64,000 nt of DNA from a virus: positions 43,750 through 107,749 of IMG/VR virus record IMGVR_UViG_3300028920_000045. One strand, given 5' to 3'. The notes under the pieces were generated by a model, which made no database searches, was not told where the DNA came from, and saw only the letters and a program-made list of their open reading frames with translations. Below are positions 56,582 through 64,000 of the stretch, one piece after another (position 1 is the first letter of the stretch; each line of letters begins with the position of its first letter). The position numbers and the translations under genes are program-made.

Positions 56582-56832
56582 CCGACGACCTCGACCGGAA
56601 AGCCCTGGGTCTCGTCCTGGGAGCCAACGACGTCGCCGTCCGGACCGCCCTCCGGTGTCTGGCCGAGGACCTCGGTGTCGACCAGGAGAAGATCAAGACG
56701 GTCCTTGAGAACGGGTCCGAAGACCCGGAGGACCTGGTCCTCGTCGAAGAGATCAAGACGTACTTCGACCAGGACAACCGAGACCAGGCGAGAGCCGCCG
56801 TCCAGGAACTTCGGAGGTTGAGGGGTGTATGA
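56578..56832 (+). CDS. Hypothetical protein
   Basis: RBS GGAGG; overlapping start. Confidence 0.55.
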   Translation: MTDDLDRKALGLVLGANDVAVRTALRCLAEDLGVDQEKIKTVLENGSEDPEDLVLVEEIKTYFDQDNRDQARAAVQELRRLRGV

Positions 56833-57064
56833 CTTCTCGGCCGCAACGACCATCCTGGTCGGGTGTCAAGAGACCCTGTCCGTGGTCCACTCCCTTCTCG
56901 CACTCGTCGAGGAGAGGTGGAAGTCGAAGGACGTGTCCGAGGCCGTCCGACTCGTCGGGATCGCCTGTGACCTCCTCCGACCTCCGTTCAAGGGACTCCA
57001 GAAGAAACCCCCCGAGGTCAGGGAACGACCTCCTCGGGTGAAGAAGACGAAGAGGAAGACGTGA
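56825..57064 (+). CDS. Hypothetical protein with RERP basic tail
   Basis: Ends KKPPEVRERPPRVKKTKRKT. Confidence 0.5.
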   Translation: MYDFSAATTILVGCQETLSVVHSLLALVEERWKSKDVSEAVRLVGIACDLLRPPFKGLQKKPPEVRERPPRVKKTKRKT

Positions 57065-57336
57065 CCGACGACGCTCTCAAGATCACGACTCGGCTCCGAG
57101 GGGAGTGGTACAACGAGACCCTCGAAGTCCGACACGTTACCGTCGAGACCTTCGACGTGGTCAGGGCGTACGGGTGGAAGTGGAAGTCGGTTCGATTCCG
57201 TCTCTCGGACGGGAGGGTCCTGGTCGACGTGGAACTGGAGACGCCCTTCGTTGCGACGAGGGTGTCGGAGAACGGGTACTCGGTCGGAGGACTCTTCGAC
57301 CTCAAGAGAGGGGAGATCGTACATGGCAGAGGATAG
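57061..57336 (+). CDS. Hypothetical protein
   Basis: Overlapping start and stop. Confidence 0.5.
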   Translation: MTDDALKITTRLRGEWYNETLEVRHVTVETFDVVRAYGWKWKSVRFRLSDGRVLVDVELETPFVATRVSENGYSVGGLFDLKRGEIVHGRG

Positions 57337-57790
57337 GACAGCGGAACCGGAGGTCGACCCCAGGGAGGTCGTCCGAGAGGCACTGGCACTCGTTCACCAG
57401 GCAATCCGGAAGGCACGGTCCACGGCCCGGGTCGGTATCCGTCGACGGATGGGAACCAAGGAAGCCCGGGTGATCAAGAGGTCGGTCGACGTGGCCCTCC
57501 ATATCGCGGAGGACCGGGTCGAGTACCTCTTCGAGATGATCCGTCCGACGGAGAGACACCTCGAAGTCGCCCACGACCAGGTCGAGGAACTGGTCTCGGT
57601 CGGGTCACCCGGTCGAGTCGGTGAGACCCTCCCGGGCCTGGAAGACGGGGTCTGTGCGATCTGCGGCCGACTCCCGTGTCGACACTACCCGGAGCCCGAG
57701 GAGAAGACCTCGGGGGACGGTGGAGACCAGGACGACGAGGACAACGTCGCCCACCTCCCGGACGACGCCGATGCGCCCGACCCGGAGTGA
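57323..57790 (+). CDS. Hypothetical protein (CAIC..PCRH)
   Basis: RBS GGGGAG. Confidence 0.5.
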   Translation: MAEDRTAEPEVDPREVVREALALVHQAIRKARSTARVGIRRRMGTKEARVIKRSVDVALHIAEDRVEYLFEMIRPTERHLEVAHDQVEELVSVGSPGRVGETLPGLEDGVCAICGRLPCRHYPEPEEKTSGDGGDQDDEDNVAHLPDDADAPDPE

Positions 57791-57889
57791 GTACTTCCGA
57801 CTGGTCCTCCGGGACCTGGTCCGGATCGTGACTTGGCCGGTGAGGAGGATCTGGAAGGTCCTCCTCGGAGACGAGAGGGGGATCAACCC

Positions 57890-58333
57890 GTGAGCCGATT
57901 CGCATACTCCACCGTCTTCGTCGAGGGGACCAAGGACGTCCCCCTCTCGTCGTCGATGTCGTACGTCCCGGGAGAGACCTTCTCCTGTCGGATGCTATAT
58001 CACGTCCTCAAGAGGTTCCCTCCTCCCTGGACTCGACTCCGGGCGTTCGTCTGTCGTCGACTGTATCGGGAATGGGCCGAGCAGGGAGCTAGGGTCAAGC
58101 TCCCGGACCCTGCCGAGGGAGCGGTCTTGCTCAACCTCGCCTGCAAGGGAGACGGGTACGGTCCGATCCAGGAGTACCTCGACGAGAGAGCAGGGAACCC
58201 CGACAAGAGAGACACCCTCGTCGAGTTCACCCTGGCGAACCAGTCCCTCAACCTCTACGGGGTCAAGGTCCAGTGTCCGGACTGGGTCCCCGATGGTCTG
58301 GTCCTCGTCGTCCGGGACGGAGGTGGGTCGTGA
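57890..58333 (+). CDS. Hypothetical protein
   Basis: GTG with RBS GAGGGGG. Confidence 0.5.
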   Translation: MSRFAYSTVFVEGTKDVPLSSSMSYVPGETFSCRMLYHVLKRFPPPWTRLRAFVCRRLYREWAEQGARVKLPDPAEGAVLLNLACKGDGYGPIQEYLDERAGNPDKRDTLVEFTLANQSLNLYGVKVQCPDWVPDGLVLVVRDGGGS

Positions 58334-58638
58334 GTCGTCTGGCGAACCTCGACGTCTTCGGGAAGGTGGTCGACGGTGTCTTCCGTCCTCTCACCCCCGA
58401 CGAGTCCCGGGAACTCGGAGCCGCCGTCGGAGACCGAGTCCGAGAACAGTTCAAGGACCTGGTCGGTCAGACCGTCACCCCGTTCCTCCGGGAGAGGGTC
58501 AGGCAGCTCACGACCGAGATCGTCCTCGACGAGATGTCCGAGAGGGACGTGATCACCTTCGGGACGTTCCTGGTCTCGAAGGTCTCAATCGAGGCCGTGA
58601 TCGACGAGGAGAGTGGTACTGTCCGATGGCCCGAGTAG
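58330..58638 (+). CDS. Hypothetical protein
   Basis: RBS GGAGG; GTGA overlap. Confidence 0.5.
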   Translation: MSRLANLDVFGKVVDGVFRPLTPDESRELGAAVGDRVREQFKDLVGQTVTPFLRERVRQLTTEIVLDEMSERDVITFGTFLVSKVSIEAVIDEESGTVRWPE

Positions 58639-58841
58639 ACCCGAAGACCTGGCAACGGACCGTCCGGTCCCGATCCGGGGATCGTCTTCTCGGTGAGGTC
58701 CGGATCGTCCGACACCGGGACAACACCTTCACGGTCACGACTCGACCGAGGATGTCGAAGACCGAACTCAAGCAGCTAAAGAGAATCGTTGATCGGGCGA
58801 TCAAAGCACGGCCCGACTCGAAGAGGAGACGAGGAGAATGA
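58626..58841 (+). CDS. Hypothetical basic protein
   Basis: Packed ORF. Confidence 0.45.
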   Translation: MARVDPKTWQRTVRSRSGDRLLGEVRIVRHRDNTFTVTTRPRMSKTELKQLKRIVDRAIKARPDSKRRRGE

Positions 58842-59203
58842 CCGGTGAGAAGATCTCCGCGATCCCGCTCCAGTACTACCGTCTCCGGAAGAGACTCCGG
58901 AACCTCACTCGACTCCAGGGAGGGATCTGGACTCACCGGACGAAGAGGGGAGAGGAGCACGTCGAGCACGTCTTCGGCGCGGGACCGTGGGACGAGGTCG
59001 ACTTCGACGACATCCGAGAGGGAGACGTGATCAAGTCCGACCCGAGGGACGACCGGTCCTGGGTCTGCTCTCGGTGCGGGGAGGTCCACGGGACTCCGAA
59101 GATCTCGGTCGTGATCAAGGTCGAGAACAACCTCCTCCAGACCGAGGAACTCTGCGACGACCCCGAGGCCAGGAAACTCGGGAGACCGGGAGGTGAGTCG
59201 TGA
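58838..59203 (+). CDS. Hypothetical protein (CSRC)
   Basis: RBS GAGGAG; ATGA overlap. Confidence 0.5.
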   Translation: MTGEKISAIPLQYYRLRKRLRNLTRLQGGIWTHRTKRGEEHVEHVFGAGPWDEVDFDDIREGDVIKSDPRDDRSWVCSRCGEVHGTPKISVVIKVENNLLQTEELCDDPEARKLGRPGGES

Positions 59204-59556
59204 GACGGAGACGGTGGGGACGACCCCTCAACCGATTCGAGCTGAAGGTCCGGAGCCTCCAGGCGAACGCCCTGGGGTGCTTCCTGATCAACCTATTCCC
59301 GAACCCGAACGGGTCGACGACCTGGTTCCGGGCCTTCGTCTGCCGCTGGTTCCATCGGGGGGTGAGGTGCTCGTCCGGTCTCCCGTCTGCGAGTCACCTC
59401 TTGACCCACGACATCCGGTGTCAGAAGTGCGGGGCCACGTACGAGATCGTCCGTCCGAATAACCCCCAGTACTCGACGAAGATGCCGTTCCAGTCTCCGG
59501 ACCGTACACAACCGAAGACCTGGGACGACTGGCACCGGGAACGGGGTGAGGCGTGA
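59200..59556 (+). CDS. Hypothetical protein (C/H-rich)
   Basis: RBS GGAGG; GTGA overlap. Confidence 0.45.
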   Translation: MRRRRWGRPLNRFELKVRSLQANALGCFLINLFPNPNGSTTWFRAFVCRWFHRGVRCSSGLPSASHLLTHDIRCQKCGATYEIVRPNNPQYSTKMPFQSPDRTQPKTWDDWHRERGEA

Positions 59557-59701
59557 GGACCGTCTTCGACCTGGTCCGGTTCCTCCTGTCGAGAGACGGA
59601 CTCCGTCTCGTCTGGGTCCTCCTGACCGACGAGGACGGAGTCCGAGACCTGTACTGGCACCTCGTCTTCCTTCGGGCGATGGACGAACTTGAGAGAGGGG
59701 G

Positions 59702-59965
59702 TTGATCGTGAAGATGTCGGACTCTGCGTTCCTGTCGACCATGTCGGCCGTCACCGTCTTCGGGACCCTGGTCCTCCGGATGGACCTCGACGGGTTTCTG
59801 GAGAGGATCGACTCGGCCGAGAGTCTGGGTCCCATCCTCGACCCGACCCTCTTCCAGAAGGGCAAGGACAACCTCCAGGCCGTCAAGGACCTGGCCGAGT
59901 CCCTCCGACCATTCCGGGAGACGTTCCTCCGACTCATGGCCGACGGTCCAGGAGGTGAGTCGTGA
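59702..59965 (+). CDS. Hypothetical protein
   Basis: Packed ORF. Confidence 0.5.
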   Translation: MIVKMSDSAFLSTMSAVTVFGTLVLRMDLDGFLERIDSAESLGPILDPTLFQKGKDNLQAVKDLAESLRPFRETFLRLMADGPGGES

Positions 59966-60858
59966 ACCGCCGAGAGAACGTCCTCGACCTCCTCGTCGAC
60001 CTGGTCGTCGTGGTCGTCCTGGGTCTCAACCTCGGGGTCCTCGGGTGTGCGGCCGAGGACGGTGTCGACGGTTCCCAGGGTGACCAGGGGCTCGTCGGAC
60101 CCCAGGGACCGCCCGGGGAGACCGGCGAGACGGGTCCCCAGGGTCCCCCAGGTCCTCCAGGAGACGCGGGAGCCCCCGGACGGGACGGGGAGGACGGCCA
60201 GGACGGAGAACGTGGACCAGAGGGACCGACAGGTCCTCCGGGTCCCCAGGGACCGGAGGGGCCACGGGGAGACCAGGGACCCACCGGACCCCAGGGACCA
60301 CCGGGCGAGACTGGACCCCAGGGACCACGGGGGGACGAGGGACCGACCGGACCGACGGGACCGGCCGGGGACCAGGGTGACCAAGGTCCCCAGGGAGATC
60401 CAGGACCGACAGGACCACCGGGACCGATGGGTCCGACCGTGGTCTGGAGGGACCGGACCGGAGCCGTGGTCGGTCACGGTCCACTGGAGGGAGGTCGGGT
60501 CTACTTCCACGACGACGAGACCGGTCTCTTCTGGAGACTCGACCCGAGGTGGTCGAGGTACGACCTGGTCAAGAGGGCGGTCTTCTGGTCGGACCTCGGG
60601 TGCCAGGGGACACCTCACGTCGTCGAGTCGACTCCGATGATCCCCTTCGAGACGTACGGTGACGGGAAGACCTGGAACCGGCCGGTCGAGTCCGACGTCG
60701 TCTTCGACCTGACCTCGAAGTCCGAGACCCGATGGGACGGGAGCTGCCAGGACGGGGACACGTACCTCGACCGGACCGTCCGGGTGTCCGACCTGGTCGA
60801 GACCGTCCGACCCTCTCTCCCGTTCGTGTCCCCGTTCTATCCGACGGTAGGAGAGTGA
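59962..60858 (+). CDS. Collagen-like lipoprotein
   Basis: Hydrophobic signal ending VLG|C; about 42 uninterrupted Gly-X-Y triplets; globular C-terminal domain. Confidence 0.8.
   Translation: MNRRENVLDLLVDLVVVVVLGLNLGVLGCAAEDGVDGSQGDQGLVGPQGPPGETGETGPQGPPGPPGDAGAPGRDGEDGQDGERGPEGPTGPPGPQGPEGPRGDQGPTGPQGPPGETGPQGPRGDEGPTGPTGPAGDQGDQGPQGDPGPTGPPGPMGPTVVWRDRTGAVVGHGPLEGGRVYFHDDETGLFWRLDPRWSRYDLVKRAVFWSDLGCQGTPHVVESTPMIPFETYGDGKTWNRPVESDVVFDLTSKSETRWDGSCQDGDTYLDRTVRVSDLVETVRPSLPFVSPFYPTVGE
60061..60438 (+). repeat. Gly-X-Y collagen repeat (9-bp periodicity)
   Basis: GGN-CCN-NNN periodic DNA. Confidence 0.85.
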
Positions 60859-60989
60859 GCCGTGGACCCGTACCTCGGACTCGTCCTGATCCTCAACCTG
60901 ATCATCCTCTGGGTTGAGCTGCCAAAATACGACCGGACTCCGTTGAGTGCTCGGATGGTCACCGATGCCGGGAGGGAAGGAGCGGAAAG

Positions 60990-61502
60990 ATGGGAACGAC
61001 TGATCGGGAGGTGAGGGACTTCCTCGTCCTCGACGACCTGGAGGCCGGTGGGACCATGTCCGAGGAGACGGCCCGTCGGTTCCTGGACTTCGTCGAGAGG
61101 GACATCTTCCTCGACCGTCTCTTCCCACCGAACGTCGTGATCGGACCGCTCCCGATCCTCGACCGGTTCGCACAGTGGGTCTGTAACTGGAGTGCTCGTC
61201 TCCAGAGAGCCCACGTCCGGTCGTGGTGCAAGGTTCACGGGGTCGACTGTCCGTACGGGTACATCGACCACGTCCGGAAGAACGGAGCGGACCTCCTCAC
61301 TCCCTGGACTCGACGACCCGACTGTCGGACGTACCCCAGGGCCGAGGTCCGAGACGGGAACGGGTCCCAGGTCGTGATCCTCTCGACGGGTCCGATCAAG
61401 GACGACCTCTTCCGTCACCTCGACAAGATCACGACTCCGACCGACGGTGCGAGGGAGAAGATGGACGAACTCGGAATCGAGACCAGAGGAGGAGACCGGT
61501 GA
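60990..61502 (+). CDS. Hypothetical protein
   Basis: RBS GGAAGGAG. Confidence 0.5.
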   Translation: MGTTDREVRDFLVLDDLEAGGTMSEETARRFLDFVERDIFLDRLFPPNVVIGPLPILDRFAQWVCNWSARLQRAHVRSWCKVHGVDCPYGYIDHVRKNGADLLTPWTRRPDCRTYPRAEVRDGNGSQVVILSTGPIKDDLFRHLDKITTPTDGAREKMDELGIETRGGDR

Positions 61503-61732
61503 GCAGGAGAGAGGAGATCACGAAGAGGATCGTCGACCAGCTCCCCCAGTACCTCAAGGACGTCTCGGGTCGACAGGCCGTGGTCGACCTGGTCACGACC
61601 ATCGGGTCGGTCGTGGCCGACGAACTGGAGGTCCTGGAGTCCCGACTCCGGAAGGAGATCTCCGAGTCGTCGAAGCGGGCCGAGGAGAACGCCCGGGTCA
61701 AGGGACCGGTCGTCTTCGGGGGTGGAGGGTGA
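61499..61732 (+). CDS. Hypothetical protein
   Basis: RBS GAGGAGG; GTGA overlap. Confidence 0.5.
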   Translation: MSRREEITKRIVDQLPQYLKDVSGRQAVVDLVTTIGSVVADELEVLESRLRKEISESSKRAEENARVKGPVVFGGGG

Positions 61733-62145
61733 GTCGGACTCTCCAGGACGGACTCAAGTCGGCGGGACTCGTCTCCCAGAAGGACCTCGACCGACTCGAA
61801 AGGGACCGACAGCGGGCCGAGAGAGAGAACCAGAAGAGACGACGACAGGAGGCCCAGGAGAGGAACCGTCTGGAGAATGACCGTCTCCGACGACAGAAGA
61901 TCGAGGGGTACCTCCAGAAGACGACTCGGCAGACGGGGATCGAGTTCCCCGGTCACGTCCGGGACGACTTCTTCCGACTCCCGGACCGGGAGGTCTTCGT
62001 CCTCCTCGGGACGTGTCTGACCCTCTGGAGTATCGAGAGGGATGTCGGACTCGACGACCAGGAGGTCAAGACCAGGTTCCTCCGACGGGTCGAGGAGGAC
62101 CTCGAAGCCAAGCTCGTCGGACGGGTCGAGGAGGTCGAATCGTGA
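61729..62145 (+). CDS. Hypothetical protein
   Basis: N-terminal LQDGLKSAGLVS then charged helix. Confidence 0.5.
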   Translation: MSRTLQDGLKSAGLVSQKDLDRLERDRQRAERENQKRRRQEAQERNRLENDRLRRQKIEGYLQKTTRQTGIEFPGHVRDDFFRLPDREVFVLLGTCLTLWSIERDVGLDDQEVKTRFLRRVEEDLEAKLVGRVEEVES

Positions 62146-62945
62146 GCGACAGAGACATCGCCGTCCTCGCATCGGGGGACCACGTCTCGGCCCTGGTCAC
62201 CCGGGACGTCCGGGACTCGGAGTCGATCCTCTTCGTCTGGTCCGAACTCCTCCGGGACTGGCTCGACCAGATCGAGGACACCGACAGGATCGGACTCGTC
62301 CTCCTCCTCTCCCCCGACATGGTCCCCAGACTGGAGATCGAACTCAACCGGGCCGAGGACCTCCACCTCTGTCCGAGGACGACGTTCGGGTCGGACTGGA
62401 GACAGCTCTCGATTAGGGGTGTCTTCGTCGGGGTCCCAGTCCAGCCCGGACCACCTCGGACTCTCGTCCTAGCCCGGAGGGGTGCGGTCGAGACGAACTG
62501 GGTTCAGACGAAGTCGAGAGGACTGGTCGAGGTCCGTGTCGTCGACGATCTCAACCGGGTCGTGTCCAGGGGTGACCGACAGACCAGGACCGGACGTCGA
62601 GACGACCCTCCTCCCGGGACGAAGACCAGACGGTCGACCGGACCACTCGACAAGGTCTTCCTCACCCGGGCGATCAAGGGAGCGGGGATCATCCTCGGAC
62701 TCAACCGTCGTCCGATCCAGAGGGACCTCGCACTCGTCCTCGGGGTGAGCCTGACCACGGTCAATGCCTGGTCGACCGGACGACGGGAGCCGAGACGGAG
62801 GGACATGTACCGCGCCCTCGTCCGACTGGCCGACCTGGAGTCCGACGTCGAGAGGTCGAGGAGGACCACGGCCAAGGACCTCGGGAAGATCCTCGACCGG
62901 ACCATCCCGACCACCGAGAAAGCCGCCAGAGACCCGAGGGTGTGA
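62142..62945 (+). CDS. Protein with C-terminal XRE-type HTH
   Basis: IQRDLALVLGVSLTTVNAWSTGRREP. Confidence 0.65.
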   Translation: MSDRDIAVLASGDHVSALVTRDVRDSESILFVWSELLRDWLDQIEDTDRIGLVLLLSPDMVPRLEIELNRAEDLHLCPRTTFGSDWRQLSIRGVFVGVPVQPGPPRTLVLARRGAVETNWVQTKSRGLVEVRVVDDLNRVVSRGDRQTRTGRRDDPPPGTKTRRSTGPLDKVFLTRAIKGAGIILGLNRRPIQRDLALVLGVSLTTVNAWSTGRREPRRRDMYRALVRLADLESDVERSRRTTAKDLGKILDRTIPTTEKAARDPRV

Positions 62946-62964
62946 CCCTCGTCGGAGGCGAGTC

Positions 62965-63336
62965 ATGATCTCGACGTACTCACCGGACGGACTTCGAGAG
63001 TCGTTCCGGTATCAGTTCAGGACCCTGGTCCGACAATGGGCCAAGGACCACGGCCAGATCCGACGGGGCAAGAGACGAGAGGTCGCCTTCCACGCAAACG
63101 AGTACACCTGTTTCGAGTACGTCGAGGTCCTCCGTCTTCGGGCGACCTGTCGAGGTGACTTTGCGCTCATGGCGTGGTCGGAGATCGCACCGTTCGGAAT
63201 CCGAATCCTGATCGACGACTCCCTCGACGACGGAGTGATCGAACTCCGACGGCGGTGGGAAGGGACAGCACACCTCAAGGAACTCGGGGTCGACTGTGCC
63301 GGGAACGTCTCCGACAAACCCGACGGCTGGATCTAG
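62965..63336 (+). CDS. Hypothetical protein
   Basis: RBS GGAGG. Confidence 0.5.
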   Translation: MISTYSPDGLRESFRYQFRTLVRQWAKDHGQIRRGKRREVAFHANEYTCFEYVEVLRLRATCRGDFALMAWSEIAPFGIRILIDDSLDDGVIELRRRWEGTAHLKELGVDCAGNVSDKPDGWI

Positions 63337-63346
63337 GGGGACGACC

Positions 63347-63628
63347 GTGACCGACAAGACGACCTGTCGATACTGCGGACAACCGTCGACGAGGATCTCC
63401 GGACTCGACGGAGACGTCGTCGGGGTCTGTGACTCCGACGAGTGCTGGTTCAAACTGGAGGAGGAGTCCATCCGGGTCCTCGGGAGAGACTGGACCCCGG
63501 ACCTCCAGAGGAAGATCACCGAGGACGTCCTCGGTGACCGACCGGACCAGACCCGACAGGTCCGACTCACCCCTCTCGGTCGACTCATGGCCGAGACCAC
63601 CCGAGACCAGGAAGGAGACGAGACGTGA
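63347..63628 (+). CDS. Small zinc-binding hypothetical protein
   Basis: CRYC...CDSDEC. Confidence 0.5.
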   Translation: MTDKTTCRYCGQPSTRISGLDGDVVGVCDSDECWFKLEEESIRVLGRDWTPDLQRKITEDVLGDRPDQTRQVRLTPLGRLMAETTRDQEGDET

Positions 63629-63855
63629 CTGACCCGAAGAAGACCGAGCCGACGACCGAGGAACTGACCTGTCCGAAGTGCGGGAACGTGATCGAGTGGA
63701 ACGAGGAGCAAGCCGAACTGGAGGCTCTCGGGTGGAGCCGGTTCCCGACCTGTCCGGAGTGCGGTCTCGGGACTTGTGAGGAGTGCAACCCGATGGGTCG
63801 AGGGTGTCGGTGTCTGGAGTGTGAGGAGTCACCCTCCCTCGACGGAGAGGAGTGA
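63625..63855 (+). CDS. Small Cys-rich zinc-binding protein
   Basis: CPKC, CPEC, CEEC, CLEC. Confidence 0.55.
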   Translation: MTDPKKTEPTTEELTCPKCGNVIEWNEEQAELEALGWSRFPTCPECGLGTCEECNPMGRGCRCLECEESPSLDGEE

Positions 63856-63859
63856 GACC

Positions 63860-64000
63860 ATGACCGACCCGAAGAAGACCACGGCCGACGAGGGAGAGAC
63901 CATCGACCTCGACACCCTCGAAGACCTCCTCGGGGTGTACGACGACGACGTCCTCGTCGAGTTCCTCCCGGACGGGACCATCCGACTCGTCGAGACCCCG
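63860..64000 (+). CDS. Hypothetical protein (truncated at window end)
   Basis: RBS GAGGAG, ATG, open to the window end. Confidence 0.45.
   Translation, partial: MTDPKKTTADEGETIDLDTLEDLLGVYDDDVLVEFLPDGTIRLVETP

Noticed and set aside
1-64000. Haloarchaeal virus, suggested by CGA/GAC-rich DNA and acidic tracts
   Set aside because: DnaE, DnaB, sigma factor, peptidoglycan amidase and sigma70 promoters indicate a bacterial host
1-64000. Stop-codon reassignment, tRNA genes, integrase, diversity-generating retroelement
   Set aside because: Conserved genes are intact under the standard code with TAG, TGA and TAA all used as stops; no tRNA-like sequence, integrase or reverse transcriptase was seen by eye

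Overview
This 64-kb window is part of a GC-rich bacteriophage genome with a contractile (myovirus-type) tail; every credible gene is on the + strand. Order: tail tube end, frameshifting tail chaperone, tape measure, baseplate and tail fibre (1-16.8 kb); holin and spanin-like membrane genes (16.9-18.1 kb); replication block with SF2 helicase, an initiator gene containing iterons, DnaC-like loader, DnaB and primase (18.2-25.1 kb); a CobS/CobT-like AAA+/VWA pair with its own sigma70 promoter and terminator; a WGR protein; a phage sigma factor; DnaE; a T4-like recombination set (UvsY-like, SSB, RecA, Mre11/Rad50, resolvase, 5'-3' exonuclease, UDG4); amidase endolysin; DNA methyltransferase; then many small accessory genes (degenerate ADP-ribosylglycohydrolase, Rrf2 regulator, Topo6A-like TOPRIM protein, collagen lipoprotein). 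The most unusual signals cut across genes: (i) a PxC[FL]...CxxC-x5-C four-cysteine module in 8 copies in 4 unrelated proteins; (ii) an RERP/RxRP basic peptide tag on many replication and accessory proteins, alongside scaffolds with alternating acidic and basic blocks, which may indicate a phage-built replication compartment; (iii) a YCYCGAASTATY motif upstream of five genes, a candidate promoter for the phage sigma factor; (iv) strong window-wide GpC depletion. All functional calls come from motif recognition by eye; no database searches were run.
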